NCBI GenBank assembly: GCA_951406725.2
Contig: OX597815.1
Coordinates: 195,114,001 to 195,178,000 of the forward strand
Reading direction: 5' to 3'
Length of the DNA stretch: 64,000 bases
Source of the DNA: Octopus vulgaris
Lineage: Eukaryota
Made by a program: the position numbers and the translations under genes. Shown piece after piece: positions 14,101 to 25,130 of the stretch. How positions within the stretch are numbered: position 1 is the first letter of the stretch; each line of letters begins with the position of its first letter. Under the pieces are notes generated by a model, which was not told the DNA's origin, did no database searches, and saw only the letters and a list, made by a program, of their open reading frames with translations.

Positions 14101-15765
14101 CAGTCACTATTTCGTTTGCACCTGTATAGTCCCCGTCAGCGAGATGAGTGAAGAAAGATGGAGAATAGCCAAAGTTACGCAGCGGCAACGACACAAAGAA
14201 TAAATACCAACACCTTGGAAGTGCAGGAAAGGGAAATGGACACAAGAAACAGGAAGGAGGAAAATTTGTCAAAAAAGGAGTGAACCAGTCTAAACCTGAC
14301 TCCCCCAGAAGAACTGATGAAAAACATAGAGAAGAGCACGGTAGTATACAGAACGTTATCTACGTCCTGCAACAAGACAGAGATAGCTCCAACAGAAGAA
14401 ATAGAGGAATGCCTCGAAAATGTGAAAAAATTGACCACGTCTTAGATACGTGGAAAGAAGTATGGCTCAGTGGAAGTAAGGTTGGCAACGAAGAAGATGC
14501 CATAAACCACTCCACGGAGCTGTTACGGACAAGTAAATGGATACTAATTTCGACATACTGTGGCAAACGCACTGCCGGGCAGTCGGAAGAGTGCCCCCTG
14601 AAATCGAGGAAGAATGGCTCGTAGCAGCCATAATGCACGATATGATGGATGGAGTAGAGATCCTTAAGATAACGAGGACCCCCAAAGTCCAATTGGTGGG
14701 GATATTGTCTCAAAGTCACTATGCAGGTATCTTTGGAAGACTTGCACAGTATAACGGAGGAAATAATACTCCCAGAAGACAGCAGACTTCGAATAACAGT
14801 AGATGGAAGACCACCAACATGCTTCCTATGCGGCAAAAAGGGGCACATGAAAGCAAGATGTCCCGAGAAGGAAAACGAAAAGAAGAAAAGTGGAGAAAAC
14901 AATACCGAAGAGGTTAGTACCAACGAAAGAGACAGATAGGGTGGAGGAACCATTCACAGTAGTAAACACGAGGAAGAGAAAGGAACGGGTGAATTCTCCC
15001 CCAAACAGTCAAATAAGGCTAAAAGAGATTGTGACGGAAGAAAAGAGAAATAGGTGTGAAGCACCAACAGAAGCAGTAGTGAAAGAAGGCACACAGAAAA
15101 AAAAATCAGAATTACAACAGGGAGAAAAATTGATTATGATGTTTCTGCACGCCCGAACAGATCAGGACGGCAGCCGAAGCAAGCAGATTTGAAAAGGAAG
15201 AGAAATAATTGGCATTTGGTCACGTATTCCAAAAGTAAAGAAATAGAGAAAACGATTGTAAAATTTAAATCGGTAATAAGAATAAAGCTGCCGCCAGGAA
15301 AATACCCGGAATGCACAAAAGGAATAATTATAGAAAAAGAGAGATGTATGAACTTTTCATAGACTCGCTGGGGGTTGAAGTCGAGTTTGACGAGCTCCCA
15401 CCGATCGTAGAATTAGATTTGAAAGCCTTTATGAACATTAAAAAATAAGTAAGTAAAATTTGTACTTCATATAAAAAAAGAGGAAAATAGACTGTTAAAA
15501 TATATAAAAAAAGAAAAAAAACGATACAAAAAAAACAAAAGACTAAGAAAACGAACAAGCTTAAAAGGAAAAAAAGAAAAATGACTGTAAGAACGTTTAA
15601 TTGTAAAAAAGTAATCGCGGTTTCATCTCGGAGCGGGACCGAGAAAACCGTCTCATCTTCATTATAATTTAATTATTTGTAATCATTCTTTCATATGTTT
15701 TTCTGTTTCCCGCGTGTTTGTGTATGTCCCCTCTGTATTCAGCCCTTGTGCCTATAATAAAGAGA
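14101..15765 (+). mobile_element. ORF1/gag-only retroelement with CCHC zinc knuckle (L1/Tx1 ORF1-like), decayed
   Basis: ATG at 14144; frameshifted segments GRVPPEIEEEWL and RITVDGRPPTCFLCGKKGHMKARCP; ~320-bp 3'UTR with stem-loop and AATAAA; no ORF2. Confidence 0.7.
14721..14939 (+). pseudogene. zinc-knuckle (CX2CX4HX4C) segment of the ORF1-like protein
   Basis: CFLCGKKGHMKARC in the ORF track. Confidence 0.8.
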
Positions 15766-15774
15766 GAAGCTGCT

Positions 15775-16028
15775 GATCATCACACACTGAAGACGTGTAA
15801 CTACCCAGAAACTCGCGTCAGCGTGTATCACGTAAGGCTAGAGATGGGAGCAATTACCTCCCCTCGCATATACTCATTGGACACACAGACAGTGTGGGGG
15901 AGTTATCTTCCAGGGGCTAAAAGCAATAGTAACATCGTCCTCTATGGGACCGCCTCATGTAGCTGGCAAATATATTTTATGATTCCATGCCGGTACTGTT
16001 ACTGCTTACCTCCCTCTCAGAGATTTAA
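15775..16028 (+). mobile_element. short non-coding element with degenerate hammerhead motif
   Basis: CTGAAGA (15787)...GAAA ctcgcg TC; homologous to 13209-13495. Confidence 0.45.
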
Positions 16029-16640
16029 TGTAGTATAATAATACAAATAATATATAAATATATGCATATATAATTACATATATGTACATACCAACATATA
16101 TATGTATATATGCATGCATATATGGGTGCAGGACGTTGAATACAATGCGAAACGAAAGCATAAAAACAAAAACATACAAAACGAACTTCTTTTAGTACAA
16201 TGAAAAAAAACAAACAGAGAAATGAGACATGGATCATAAAGAATATTCCCCTTCATCAGTAGTCTCTGGTTCTTCTACTCCGCGTTTCGGAGACAATACG
16301 CGACTTCGTCGAAACAGTCCTTCCCGCAAAGCAAATTAAATTAAAATTTGGGATTTTTTGCGGAGGGTGAAAACTGGTGACAGGAACAGGACAGCGAGAA
16401 CAAGACAGTAAAAACAAACGGTTAGGGCTGTTAAGCCAAGACGATAGAAACATTGTTATGAACGCTAGGAAGACGAGCTTATGGGAGGAAACAGGTATAA
16501 GCACGTGCTGTCTTTAGGAAGGAAATGAGCAGTTTCCTCTCATTCTCTCTTGATTTTTAATCTAGTGTATATATATATATATATATAGTAAAGAAAATAA
16601 GGTGGCAGCAGCAGGCATAAAAACCACAGAAAATTATACC

Positions 16641-16710
<70 letters not shown>

Positions 16711-17444
16711 ACTCATATATGTATGGTATTGTATTTTAAATAGATAGATTTACATTATTCAACTTGTACTTCTAATATAAATAAGCAATTATTTGAGCAC
16801 AACTTGGAGGTGACAGCACAACATTCAATATTTATTTATTCCTATATATATATATATATATAAAGTATTAAATGTTTTTATTGCTGTGTATATACATTTT
16901 ACAGAAGTTCCTAGTATTTCATCGCCCACGTTGAACCATATATTTCACAAAGATAAGACTTCTAAGAACGATAGTGTATTATTATGAAGTAGAACATAAA
17001 AACAAACGAAATAGGCTGTTAGGTAAGTATTGCCAGACTTTTATAAACAAAAACTTGATAAACAAAGAAAAATCAGGTAGTGAAATATGAACATACTTTG
17101 GCTTGGTATCGTTGGTCTACGATAACAAAATTCCAATTATTTCTCTAACAATACGAATTGCCAAAAGTTATCATCATAAAAGCCGAAAACAATTCAATTT
17201 AGACTAGCGCGCAGATGTAATATATTAATTTTTCCTGACAGAAAGAAAACCAGAACACTTGATGTAAAGGTAGAAGCAGCTGAAAATAGTTCCAACTGGA
17301 TTTGGTCATACAGGAATGGAGTGAATGAAGAGAATGTGTTTGCTGTGGATGAAACAGGCAGACATTGAGCTTTGCGTCTTGTGAATAAAAATATTTACAA
17401 AGTGGATGATATGGGAAATAAAAGTAGCGATTTCATTCAGATAT

Positions 17445-18540
17445 AGTATTAGGTTGGCCAAGATTTCCGTTCAGTTTTTTGGAGTGAAAACTGGTCACAA
17501 TTTTTTTTAACACAAAGAGATTGACTCAACCAATGATATATTTACCGTTTCGTTCTAGTATCTCTTGTCCTTTTGTGGGCAAATCCATCATTCCCTGTCT
17601 TTACTGTTGAAAAACTGTTCCATATGAATTTTTATATCCTTTTAAGACGTGATGAAGTCTACATTCAATGAAAATTTGAAGATACGGAAACAAGTGTAAA
17701 TCTGAAAGCAAATATGGAGAGCGTAGCAAAACCTCCCAGCGAAGGTCCATAAACTTCTACCGCATCTGCAAAAAGTGCGTGGTCTGGAAAGGCAATACCC
17801 ATACAATTAACAATAAATGTAGGCTTCTGGTGGGTCGCTTCTTCTAATTTGTCGGAATTGTCACAAAACACATTGCATTTGACGACCTTGTCCTTGGCAA
17901 ATGGCAAAACATATGATCGTAAATGGCAACACATATGTCTGTCAAATTGAAAGCTTAGTTTCTTCGGGCGATGTCCTATTCATATGTTGTTTGTGATAGT
18001 TCGCCGTGCATCCGCCATTATTGATAGTGCCTTGCATTGTTATCACCGAACCACTTTTCTTCCAAACTGTTCGTATACTTCACACTTCTGCGACAAAAAC
18101 ATGTAAGTCCGTCGGGTGAAGTTAGCGTTATTTGGTTGTTGACGTAACGACTTGGTAGAGACGGTTTTCAACAACTGGGTTGGTTATTTGGCGAATATCT
18201 GCGATCACCCGTGTCATGTAGCCAGGTAGGTATCGATTATCTTTTTAATTGTGCCGCTAGTACTCTCAATTGGCCCGCCACTCTAAGGTGCGTCTTGAAC
18301 GGAAAAAATTCCCGATCGAAATCTTGAAAAACGTTTCCCGTAACAGAAACCTCTCCGTATTCAGCCCGTATTTTCTTGCAGGTTCCCATAAATTTACACC
18401 CCGCTCTTCATCAAACCTGGTGATGTTATCTGCTTTCCTCTTAACGTGGCAAAACTAAATCCACCGCCACAAAAGCATTAACTTTTCATTATTGTTTGAA
18501 ATATTTTCCTTCTTCAAACAGATATGCTGTTATGACGAGC
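17445..18540 (-). mobile_element. mariner transposase relic
   Basis: TIR-like tattaggttggcca; minus-strand IGNFSVQDAP*SGGP, KWFGDNNAR and C-terminal QEILERNGKYII. Confidence 0.65.
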
Positions 18541-19019
18541 GGAGGCAATAATTTCTTTAACAATTATTCTGGCACGTATTGCCGATGTAAAGTAATGTGA
18601 TTTGATTCTTCAAAGCTTTGAAAAGAACTTCCAGATTCAGACAAGCTAGCCATGTGTCCCTGTTTAGCACAGTTGCTACTTTCGCAACAGTTCTGTAGGA
18701 GACGTTAGACACCTTATGAGTACTGAATCCTAATTCGATATGCTTTTCCCCTGCAACACTTTTATTGAAACGTATATTCACTGTGTGGCGTAATTATGAA
18801 TAACAAAATGACCGGAAGGATCTAAATTCAAAAACAGTGAATCAAACTCATAAACATACATAGGGAAGTATGTAAGCTCATAAATCTTTTTGTGTGATAA
18901 TAACCAAAGCAAAAACAACAGCAACAAAGATGATAAAAGATTAAGTTAAATGCATTGCAATATTTCGTTAATTTACTTGCTTTATTCGTCAAGTTATAAC
19001 AAAAAGAGGTTAGCACTCA

Positions 19020-19985
19020 AAATAGAGATTGTCATGTTGCGCCGTCTGAAGCCACGATTCTTGCCGGGTTTTTTTTTTATCCCACGCTAATAGCACTCTT
19101 TGTCCGTCGAGGTGAGGAACTCTTTCACTGAAGCATCCGCCTTCTCTTGGTTGATGAAGCGTCGCAAGCGCAGGAAGTGAACCATAGATCTGTAGAAGTA
19201 ATAATCCCTGGGAGGTAACTATTTGGATCTGTATCCTGGGCACTGCATCAGTTCCATTATCACACAACCTGGAGTTTACTCCAGATCTTTCGAATGGTGA
19301 AGTCATGCGTTGTCTTACTGCAGAAAAGCTCGCATTCTGTTAACCAATGCCGAGTAGTTTTGACGCCCAATGTCATACGTCCGCTCCAACTATTCGGGGT
19401 ACAGTTTGCCATCGTTGACTCAACCGCGTGGAATGGACTCGCAGTGAAATATCCTCTCAGAAGTCCACCAGACTCAGAACATCACCTTGTGTTTCAAACG
19501 CCTTTGTTTGGCGACAGGTTCCGGAAGCTGGCTCTCGCTTAAATACTGTTTATGCCAGTAAGTATTGTGAGAAAATGTCTAATATTTATCACGCATAATA
19601 ATTGTCTTCTGGGAACGCAGATCACGCGTGTTTTCCACGGGTTCCTTGCAATCATCTATTTACCACTGTTGCTGAAGTCATGAAGTTGACGAACCACACT
19701 CGACAGTGAGACGCTGAGATTGCTTGGCACTCTTCGAGTACTACACGCCGGATTTCCTTTCATGGCTTGAAGCTCAGTCTTGGTATCCGGGATTTTAGAC
19801 CAACCTGATCTTTCCTGATCGTCGAGGTTCTTGCCACCAGAGCAAAATTTGCTTACTGTACTGTGCTAATCAACTGCACCTTCATTTTTCCTACAACAAA
19901 TGTCTTTGATTGCTTCAACAGCATTATTGCACAGTTCTAACTGATAAAGAATAAGTTTCCAAACTAGATTACGAGGCAGACCTGT
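19020..19985 (-). mobile_element. mariner transposase relic
   Basis: Minus-strand ALVNRMRAFLQ*DNA (HDNARPH-like), a degenerate YSPDLAPSDY region and VKEFLTSTDKECY*RGIKK. Confidence 0.65.
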
Positions 19986-20324
19986 CTCCTCGGCTCTCAA
20001 ATCCCATACGGATTAAAGTAATGCACAACCTGTCAACCATATGCGACGAACTCATAAGGGGACATTGCATGAGGTTAGATAAATATGTCAGCTGATTGTA
20101 GGATATGCTTTTTGTATGACTTTGTTCCTTCCTCTCAAATTGTTTTGATACACCATGTCATATTTTACGCCATGCAGTCCGAGCTAAGCAATGTCTGTTC
20201 CAAGAGGTCAGCTTAAGCTGTAGAGAGTTTAGAGACTATTTCATATCATCCTTATACGTAAGGATGGATCTTCCTTTATCGTAGTATCTCTAACGGTTAG
20301 CCATGTAAAAAAATATCGAAATGC

Positions 20325-20633
20325 GGAAGAAGAAGGAGGAGGGGGAGGAGAAGAAGAATAAGATGAAGAAGAAAATGAAAAAGGTGAAAAAGAAGATGAA
20401 AAAGATGAAAAAGATGAAAAAGAAGATGAAAAAGAAATGAAAAAGATGAAGAGGAAAAGAAGAGGAAAGATAAGAAGATGAAAAAGAAGAAGAAAGGGAG
20501 AAGAAGAAGAATATGAAAAAGAAGAAGAAGAAGATGAAAAAGAAGAGGAAGACGATGAAAAAGAAGAAATGGAAGACGATGAAGAAGGAGGAGGAGATGG
20601 TGGTAAGGAGGAGTAGAAGAAGAAGAAGAAGAA
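20325..20633. repeat. (GAA/GAT/GGA)n purine-rich low-complexity tract
   Basis: Visible directly. Confidence 0.9.
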
Positions 20634-20990
20634 TGTATTCATTAGTAATACTACGTACAATACTTTCGTGCTGGCAGATAATTCTGGAGTAATTCCTTTA
20701 ATATGGACATTTTTTGTTACTGAAATGCGCCGATTTCGAGTGAATGTATATGAGTGGGAGTGTGGAACTATGTTTGTCGCATATGAATTTGTTTCTTATT
20801 TCCTTTTTCGAAATATATAGTAGTAAACATGTAGTGTTTGCTTTCGGAGAACGTATTTATTTGAAATATTAGTATAAATATTGAATTTAAGTTTGAAAAT
20901 TTGGTAGGTCTTCTTAATCTCCAGATTAAGATAGCAAATGATGAATGATATATTAATCATATACACACGCACATATACGCAGACAGACCT

Positions 20991-21021
<31 letters not shown>

Positions 21022-21069
21022 CATACATACACACATAAATAACCATATATATATATTATATATATGCTT

Positions 21070-21119
<50 letters not shown>

Positions 21120-21548
21120 TTATTTATGTATATATATATAAATATATACACACACACACACACACATGTGTTTGTTGTGTGTGTGTGTGCGTGCATGTAT
21201 ACGTAGTATGTATAAAAAAGTGTTACAATTTGAATCTTATTTATGAATCATTAGAGATATTTCGCTTTTGCATTTGGTTTGCAAGATTCTTTATGTGAGT
21301 TCGTGTGTTGAAGCGTATTTTGTTAACTCCCGGGAGAGTCATTCTCTTTTTGTGCCTTATAATTTAACACACTCACCGATAAATTTTTCACTTATTTCTT
21401 ATTTTTATTTTTATTTTTAAAAATAAATATAAGGAATAAGTGGAAATTTTACCGGAGAGCATTTTGAATTAAAAGGCACAAAAATGATTCTCCCCAGACA
21501 CAACAGAATTAGAGATATTAATATATATATTTCTGGTATATCGATATA

Positions 21549-21742
21549 AACGTTAGCACACCGGGCAAAATGCTTAGCGCTATTTCATCTTTACGTTCCT
21601 GAGTTTTAATTCCGCCGAGGTCTCCTTTGCCTTTCATCCTTTCGGGGTCGATAAATTAAGTACCAGTTGAACACTGGGGTCGATGTAATCGACTCTCGTC
21701 CCTTCCCAAAAATTTCGGGCCTTGTGCCTAGAGTAGAAAAGA
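21549..21742 (+). mobile_element. SINE family A
   Basis: aacgttagcacaccgggc...gcctttcatcctttcggggtcgataaattaagtaccag...ccttgtgcctagagtagaaaaga. Confidence 0.85.
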
Positions 21743-21800
21743 ATATATGTATTTCTGCATTCTTGCAGATAATGCAGGACGTACAACTGTGAAGTTCAAA

Positions 21801-21840
<40 letters not shown>

Positions 21841-21849
<9 letters not shown>

Positions 21850-22167
21850 AAACAAGTCAAAAATAGAAAATGATAAAATAATTTTATAGTGAACATTTCA
21901 GTACCGGTTTCGGTCATTTTGAGACCTTTTCAACTGTAACGATTAAATAATTAAATTTAGAAAAATTAGAAGAAAAGTTTTTTTAAAAGAATATTTCTAT
22001 AGTAGTGTTCAGATGTAAGTGGCATTCTGCCTTTCTCTGACTCCCTTGTTTGCACTTGTGTGTTCGAGGTAGTTGTGAGTTCTTGGTAGGGTAGTAGAGG
22101 AAGAAGGCTGGTGAGGAAAGGGGGGTGGGAGAATCTGGGAGTGCCCTGATGGTCGTATTTTGAATGG
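21841..22167 (-). repeat. inverted pseudo-LTR segment of the PLE
   Basis: Reverse complement of 23511-23836 and 27923-28248 with few mismatches. Confidence 0.95.
21894..21941 (-). ncRNA. minimal type-I hammerhead ribozyme (U3-A8 variant), inverted copy
   Basis: Reverse complement of the motif at 23734-23781. Confidence 0.7.
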
Positions 22168-23000
22168 CCAGGATGAATATCCCCTTCAATCTAGCAAAAA
22201 GGATATGCACTATAGTCTCTAACGCAAACACCAGAGACACACGACTACAAGAACTAAAAGATACCCTAATCACCAGGAACTATCCACCTTCACTTATTGA
22301 CAAGTGCATTCAACGTGCCCTTCAACTTAACATCAAGGAACTGAGACATCCCAAATCAAAGAAAAACTTACAACCAAAAGCCTTACCATACATCTCCACA
22401 CACAACCCTCTCAATAACGAAGCCTTCGACACCATCCTCCACAACATACCCCTCCTAAAAAAAGACCACAGAATGAACACAATCCTCCAAACACACACGA
22501 TCATAAAAAGCAAAAGACAGCCTAGATCCATGAAAAGTCTCCTTACACAAGCCCGAATTCACTCTTCAACACAGAAACCGACAGTAAAAAAATGTGGAAG
22601 ACCCAATTGCGGGATATGCGACTATCTAATCGAGGGTTCTGTGTTCTCCTTCAAACAGGGACAACGGTTTACAGTGAAAAGCAACTTCACATGTGCTTCG
22701 GAGAACCTAATATACTCACTAACCTGCTCCGGGTGTCAAGAGCAGTACATAGGCCAAACAAAAAATGGTTTGCGTAAACGAATGGCCCTGCACAGATCCC
22801 AGATAAAAATTCCCCAAAACAGAAAAATAGCTTTTAGCCAACACATAGATACTTGCGCCAACAAAAAAACACCAAACTTCAGAATTTTCCCCCTCTACCA
22901 ATTTAGGGACGATACAACCTCGAGACAACGAATAAGTAAAGAAAATCTCTTTATTACAAAATACAAGCCACTTCTTAACGGGTCTACGACAAACAATTAA
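22168..23000 (+). pseudogene. duplicated 3' part of the PLE ORF (thumb, Zn linker, GIY-YIG)
   Basis: Protein matches the C-terminus of 26139..27422 except one V/E change; the ATG at 22164 is created by the inversion junction. Confidence 0.85.
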
Positions 23001-23733
23001 TATACCTCAACTTTAGAATAAAAGAAAAATATATATACACACACAAATACTACACTCCATAGAATCCATTACTAATCAGCCCCTTCATAGCTATACTTAC
23101 ACCCATTCATTTTCTCCCTTCTCTGTTTTTTTCTTCTTCTTCTTCTTCCTCTTCTTCTTTATCATCATCATTATTATCATCATCATCGTCGTCATCATCA
23201 TCACCACCATCATCACCACCATCTTCTCCTTCTCCTCCTTCTTCTTCTTCTTCTTCTTCTTCTTCATCATCATCATTATCATCATCATCGTCGTCATAAT
23301 CATCACCACCATCACCATCATCGTCATCTTCTCCTTCTCCTTCTTCTTCTTCTTCTTCTTCTTCTTCTTCTTCTTCTTCTTCTTCTCCACCCCCTACCCC
23401 TTAAGTTTGTCACTAATGTTTTTTAGTATAACACCTACGCTAATTCTATAAACAAGCCTGTCAATATAACTATTCTCCTGAATTGAACTGAGACTGCCAG
23501 CCGCCACTGACCATTCAAAATACGACCATCAGGGCACTCCCAAATTCTCCCACCCCCTTTCCTCACCAGCCTTCCCTCTACTACCCTACCAAGAACTCAC
23601 AACTACCTCGAACACACAAGTGCAAACAAGGGAGTCAGAGAAAGGCAGAATGCCACTTAAATCTGAACACTACTATAGAAATATTCTTTTAAAAAAACTT
23701 TTCTTCTAATTTTTCTAAATTTAATTATTTAAT

Positions 23734-23781
23734 CGTTACAGTTGAAAAGGTCTCAAAATGACCGAAACCGGTACTGAAATG
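23734..23781 (+). ncRNA. minimal type-I hammerhead ribozyme (U3-A8 variant) in pLTR
   Basis: cgttacag-TTGAAAA-GGTC tcaaaat GACC-GAAA-CCGG-TA-ctgaaatg: stem I, stem II and palindromic ACCGGT stem III. Confidence 0.75.
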
Positions 23782-23896
23782 TTCACTATAAAATTATTTT
23801 AGCATTTTCTATTTTTTACTTGTTTTTTCATATATATCAACTCGTGTGTTCCTTTTCACCCTTATACATATCATTAACCCACACGAGATACAGAAA

Positions 23897-25130
23897 ATGC
23901 CGACAAAAACAGACACAATCACCTCCATAAACGAAGAAATACTGAAAGAACTCAAGAAAATCAACAAAATTTGTCAACTTTTTGAACAAATTCGACTCGA
24001 CACTTCAACCCAATCGAGAGAACAATGAAGAAACAGATACGAAAAATACAACCTCCGAAATTGTCGAAAACCTTGGAAACTTATGCGAAACAATTAGAAC
24101 ATTTTTCTCTAACAACGCTAACCAAGGACCTCCAAACGCGTCAATATATGGGATCAATACTCTAACAACATACCAAATGAAACACCACATAATACCACAA
24201 TGGAACAAATCACTCAGAGATAGAAAGTTCGCCTTTTGGAAGATGATCCAAAACAACAACAAAGCGGATATATACGAAAAATGGCTCAACCGGACCCCGT
24301 TAATCCTCCCACGTAAATTCCAGTTCAAAGCTATTACAGAAGAACCTGAAACACAAAGACACCTCAGGGAGAGAATGGCACTGGAAAAAATGAAAATGGA
24401 AATAGAACTTCTGAAATTGAGGGCCCAAACGAATGAGGATAAAATAAAATCCACCGATGAAGATATCAACGAAGAAATTCGCAAAATGACCCAAGGCCCA
24501 GATCAAGAGAAGTTCTCCAAACTATGGAAAGAGGACTGTGAAAAAGAAGAACTAAAATCTCTCCAACGCTGGGAGAAAAGCGCCACTTGGTTCTCAGACT
24601 ATGAAGCCGTCTTTCAAACAGAGCACGCCTCCAACAACCCTTTCCAGAAAATAAGAAAACCAAAACAACACCCAAACACCGATACACACCTGTCTAAAAA
24701 TCGGAACCTTCACTACTATCAAAAAAAGAATACAGGACCTAACCCTAACTCTGTAAGCAGCCAGCGATACAATATCAGGAATACCCCCACTTCAAGCAGA
24801 GAAAGGATAAATCAACACCCACAGCATAGACACTGCAACCTCATCCCCACCCAAAGGAGTTACCAACGAAATCTTCGTCCCATTAACCTGTTAAACAACC
24901 ATGCACAACAAACCCACACCACTTGCAATGATTACCAACGAAGGCCTCCTAGAACACCACACCCGAATATGGGATATCGGGATGCTCTCCTCAATACTGC
25001 TCCAAGAACACACACAATAAATCACAACAGGAGACCCCTAATCAACAAAGAACAACTATATACTAGCTACCGTCCCAACCACCGCATTCATTTTTTAGAC
25101 CCAATACGCAAACACAGAGACACAAGATAG
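23897..25130 (+). CDS. PLE ORF1, coiled-coil/basic protein (one apparent extra T near 23979-23983)
   Basis: ATG 23897 (MPTKTDT...) joins the 382-aa frame if one T of CTTTTTG is removed; heptad-like ERMALEKMKMEIELLKLRAQ; R/N/P-rich tail. Confidence 0.7.

Noticed and set aside
13588-15765. LTR retrotransposon interpretation of the direct repeats
   Set aside because: No TG...CA ends, PBS or TSD seen; the repeats end at AATAAA and overlap the ORF end, which fits LINE-like 3' ends better.
16250-16320. CTGATGA and GAAAC on the minus strand as another hammerhead
   Set aside because: The CTGATGA lies downstream of the GAAAC and I could not assemble consistent stems.
22164-23000. Stand-alone GIY-YIG nuclease gene
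   Set aside because: It is the truncated tandem copy of the PLE ORF; the start codon arises from the inversion junction.
23975-23990. Programmed frameshift at CTTTTTG near the ORF1 start
   Set aside because: It would need a +1 shift with no recognised signal; a homopolymer insertion or sequencing error is simpler.
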